From the human T2T-CHM13v2.0 reference genome, Homo sapiens: DNA of 64,000 nt. Shown here one piece after another: positions 62,195 to 64,000 of the stretch. The stretch is taken from NCBI RefSeq assembly GCF_009914755.1, contig NC_060926.1, one strand, 5' to 3'. Each line of letters begins with the position of its first letter. Position 1 is the first letter of the stretch. Below the pieces are notes generated by a model, which searched no databases, was not told the DNA's origin, and saw only the letters and a list, made by a program, of their open reading frames with translations. The position numbers and the translations under genes were made by a program.

Positions 62195-63377
62195 CTGTGA
62201 GGGAGAGAGGAGGGAGCCCCATGAGACCCGAAGGTGGGGTGGGCTGGCTGCCAGCCACCATGCTGGGTCCCACTCTGTCTCTGGGCCCAGGAAGCGTGGT
62301 TCCGGGGCAGTGCCAGTGTGCAGCTAAACAGATATAGCAGAGTTCTGTCTTTGGGACCTTTTCCCGATAGGTACCCCTATCCCAGCGGGTATAGACCCCT
62401 ATCCCAATGTCTTGAAGGACGTTGCTGGCTGAAACCTCAATTACTCAGGTCACGAATGAGTACTTTCGGGGCACCCACCCGCCACGCGTCCAGCCCCGTG
62501 CCAAGAAGGCCCTATGTGGGAGAGACACTCAAAGAGGCTGTCGGCCCCTGTTCCTGGGGAGACACATAGGGACGTAAGATCGCTCTCGAGGGCAGCACGT
62601 AATTAAACAGCAAAGAAACCAGAGTAGGTGCCAAGTTCAGGGGAGATGACAAAGCACATACATATGGGCACACGCCAGCCAGGAGGGGGTGATCCTCCTC
62701 TATGTGTGAGAACAGAAGACACCCCACTGGCCACCTTGTCAATTTCAACCCAAGGGCAACAGAGGGTGCAATGACTCGTCCAAGGCCAAGTCTGCAGGAG
62801 GCTGTCAGAGCTGCTGCCTGGACCCCTGGCTCCCCGAGGGTGCTGTCACCCCAGCTGGTCCCCTGTGCCAGCTTCATCACCAACACAACACAGCTGGCAC
62901 CCTCTTCCCATGGCTGGCTTCGGAGCTGGTTTCCTGGGCAGGGGAGGGGGCATGATAAACCTCCCTTTGGGGCCCAGGCTCCCCAGACAGCGTGGGGACA
63001 TACCAGCTGGCCAATGTGCCTGCACTGTGTTCATCGGAGCTTCCTGTTTTGCTCAATACAGCAGGCCCTTCAGCGGGGACCACAGCATTCCACCTGGGGA
63101 GGCCTGGGATGACTAGACTATTTGCCAGGGGGTGTTGGGCAGGCACTAAATCTGACCTCAGTAACTGTTAGCCTCCAAGTGACAGGCTCCTGGTGTGAAG
63201 GGGAAATAATCCAGGCTCTTATCCGCCGCCCCCAGCAGGGCTGACCATGCCACAGGCAGGTAAGGGGCCCTCCTAGGGGCAGAGCCCCAATGTGGCGGGC
63301 AGTAAACCCCATATACTGTCACCTCTTGAGACAAGAATCCCAACAGCAACTGGCCCTGAGAAGACAGCAAAATTGGG

Positions 63378-63558
63378 AGTAGTTTTCAAAAGTTAAAGTG
63401 CATCAGCTGGACTGGGCAACTGGTTAAAAATGCAAATGCCCAAGGGTTGCTTACAACCATGAAAGCCTGATTCAGTGGGCACTGGACCTGGAAATGTGCA
63501 TTTTAACCCTCCATGAGTCTAAAATGGTGATCCCAGACCACACTTCTGATAAACCCTG
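63378..63558. mobile_element. MER5-like hAT-Charlie fossil
   Basis: catcag...ttaaaaatgcaaatgccc...ctgattcagtggg...ctggaaatgtgcattttaac...ccagaccacacttctga resembles the MER5A/B layout. Confidence 0.55.
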
Positions 63559-64000
63559 GCCCTGGATGTTCCTGCTCAGGTATTAATAAAGATCCCATTA
63601 CTTGCAAATCCTATGCAAGTAAAAGGGTGAGCCCTGGCCTGGCACACAGTAAGTGCTCAGAAATTATGTGTCATTATTGCTGTTGTTATTGCTCATGTTA
63701 CCTGCGGGAAGGTAGGATCCTGGTAGCCCACCTGTCTTCCAGTCCTTCCCACAGGCCCAGACCGCAAGGTTTGTCCAGCTGCTAAATCCGGCCTGAATTA
63801 AGCTATTGGAAAGGGGAGTTTCCACAGGATTGAGCAGTAGGACCAAGGTGCCTAAATCAAGCCCAAACCCCTCTGATCCTCCAATCCCCATCCAGCACCC
63901 CCACCCTCTCTCTCTACTCCATGCTAGCCCATGCCCGCCTGGACTTCCTTAGGGGTCGTGGAGGGGCTGGGAGTAAGGCTGAGAGGGCCCTGAGATGAAC

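Noticed and set aside
61794-62273. 159-aa minus-strand ORF as a separate gene
   Set aside because: It overlaps the SFXN5 exon in a different frame. The splice-defined frame gives the sideroflexin sequence.
62366-62381. Short hairpin GATAGG-TACC-CCTATC near the SFXN5 exon
   Set aside because: A 6-bp stem is expected by chance in 64 kb.

Overview
Mammalian genomic DNA. Alu elements and exact protein matches point to the human EMX1/SFXN5 locus (2p13). It holds the complete three-exon homeobox gene EMX1 on the + strand: CDS join 18793..19312, 25251..25435, 34729..34896, 290 aa, or 257 aa from the second ATG, with three CpG islands. Convergently on the - strand are the last two coding exons and the ~3 kb 3'UTR of the mitochondrial sideroflexin SFXN5. 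The first ~16 kb is repeat-rich (Alu, MaLR LTR, L1, L2, MIR, MER33). Most ORFs in the supplied track are GC-rich or Alu artefacts, and there is no CRISPR array, rRNA or tRNA. Main second-look items: (1) a very degraded, MIR- and LTR-interrupted ZMYM1-like (hAT-transposase-domain) pseudogene at ~3040-5740 (-) that the ORF track barely shows; (2) a well-formed alternative terminal exon in EMX1 intron 2 (26550..26915 plus AATAAA) that would give an EMX1 lacking the homeodomain recognition helix; (3) compact homeodomain/TALE/SOX motif clusters in the SFXN5 intron that look like long-range EMX1 enhancers; (4) a distal-branch-point acceptor on EMX1 exon 2. Repeat subfamilies and protein similarities come from recall, not from searches, and repeat boundaries are approximate unless TSDs are cited.
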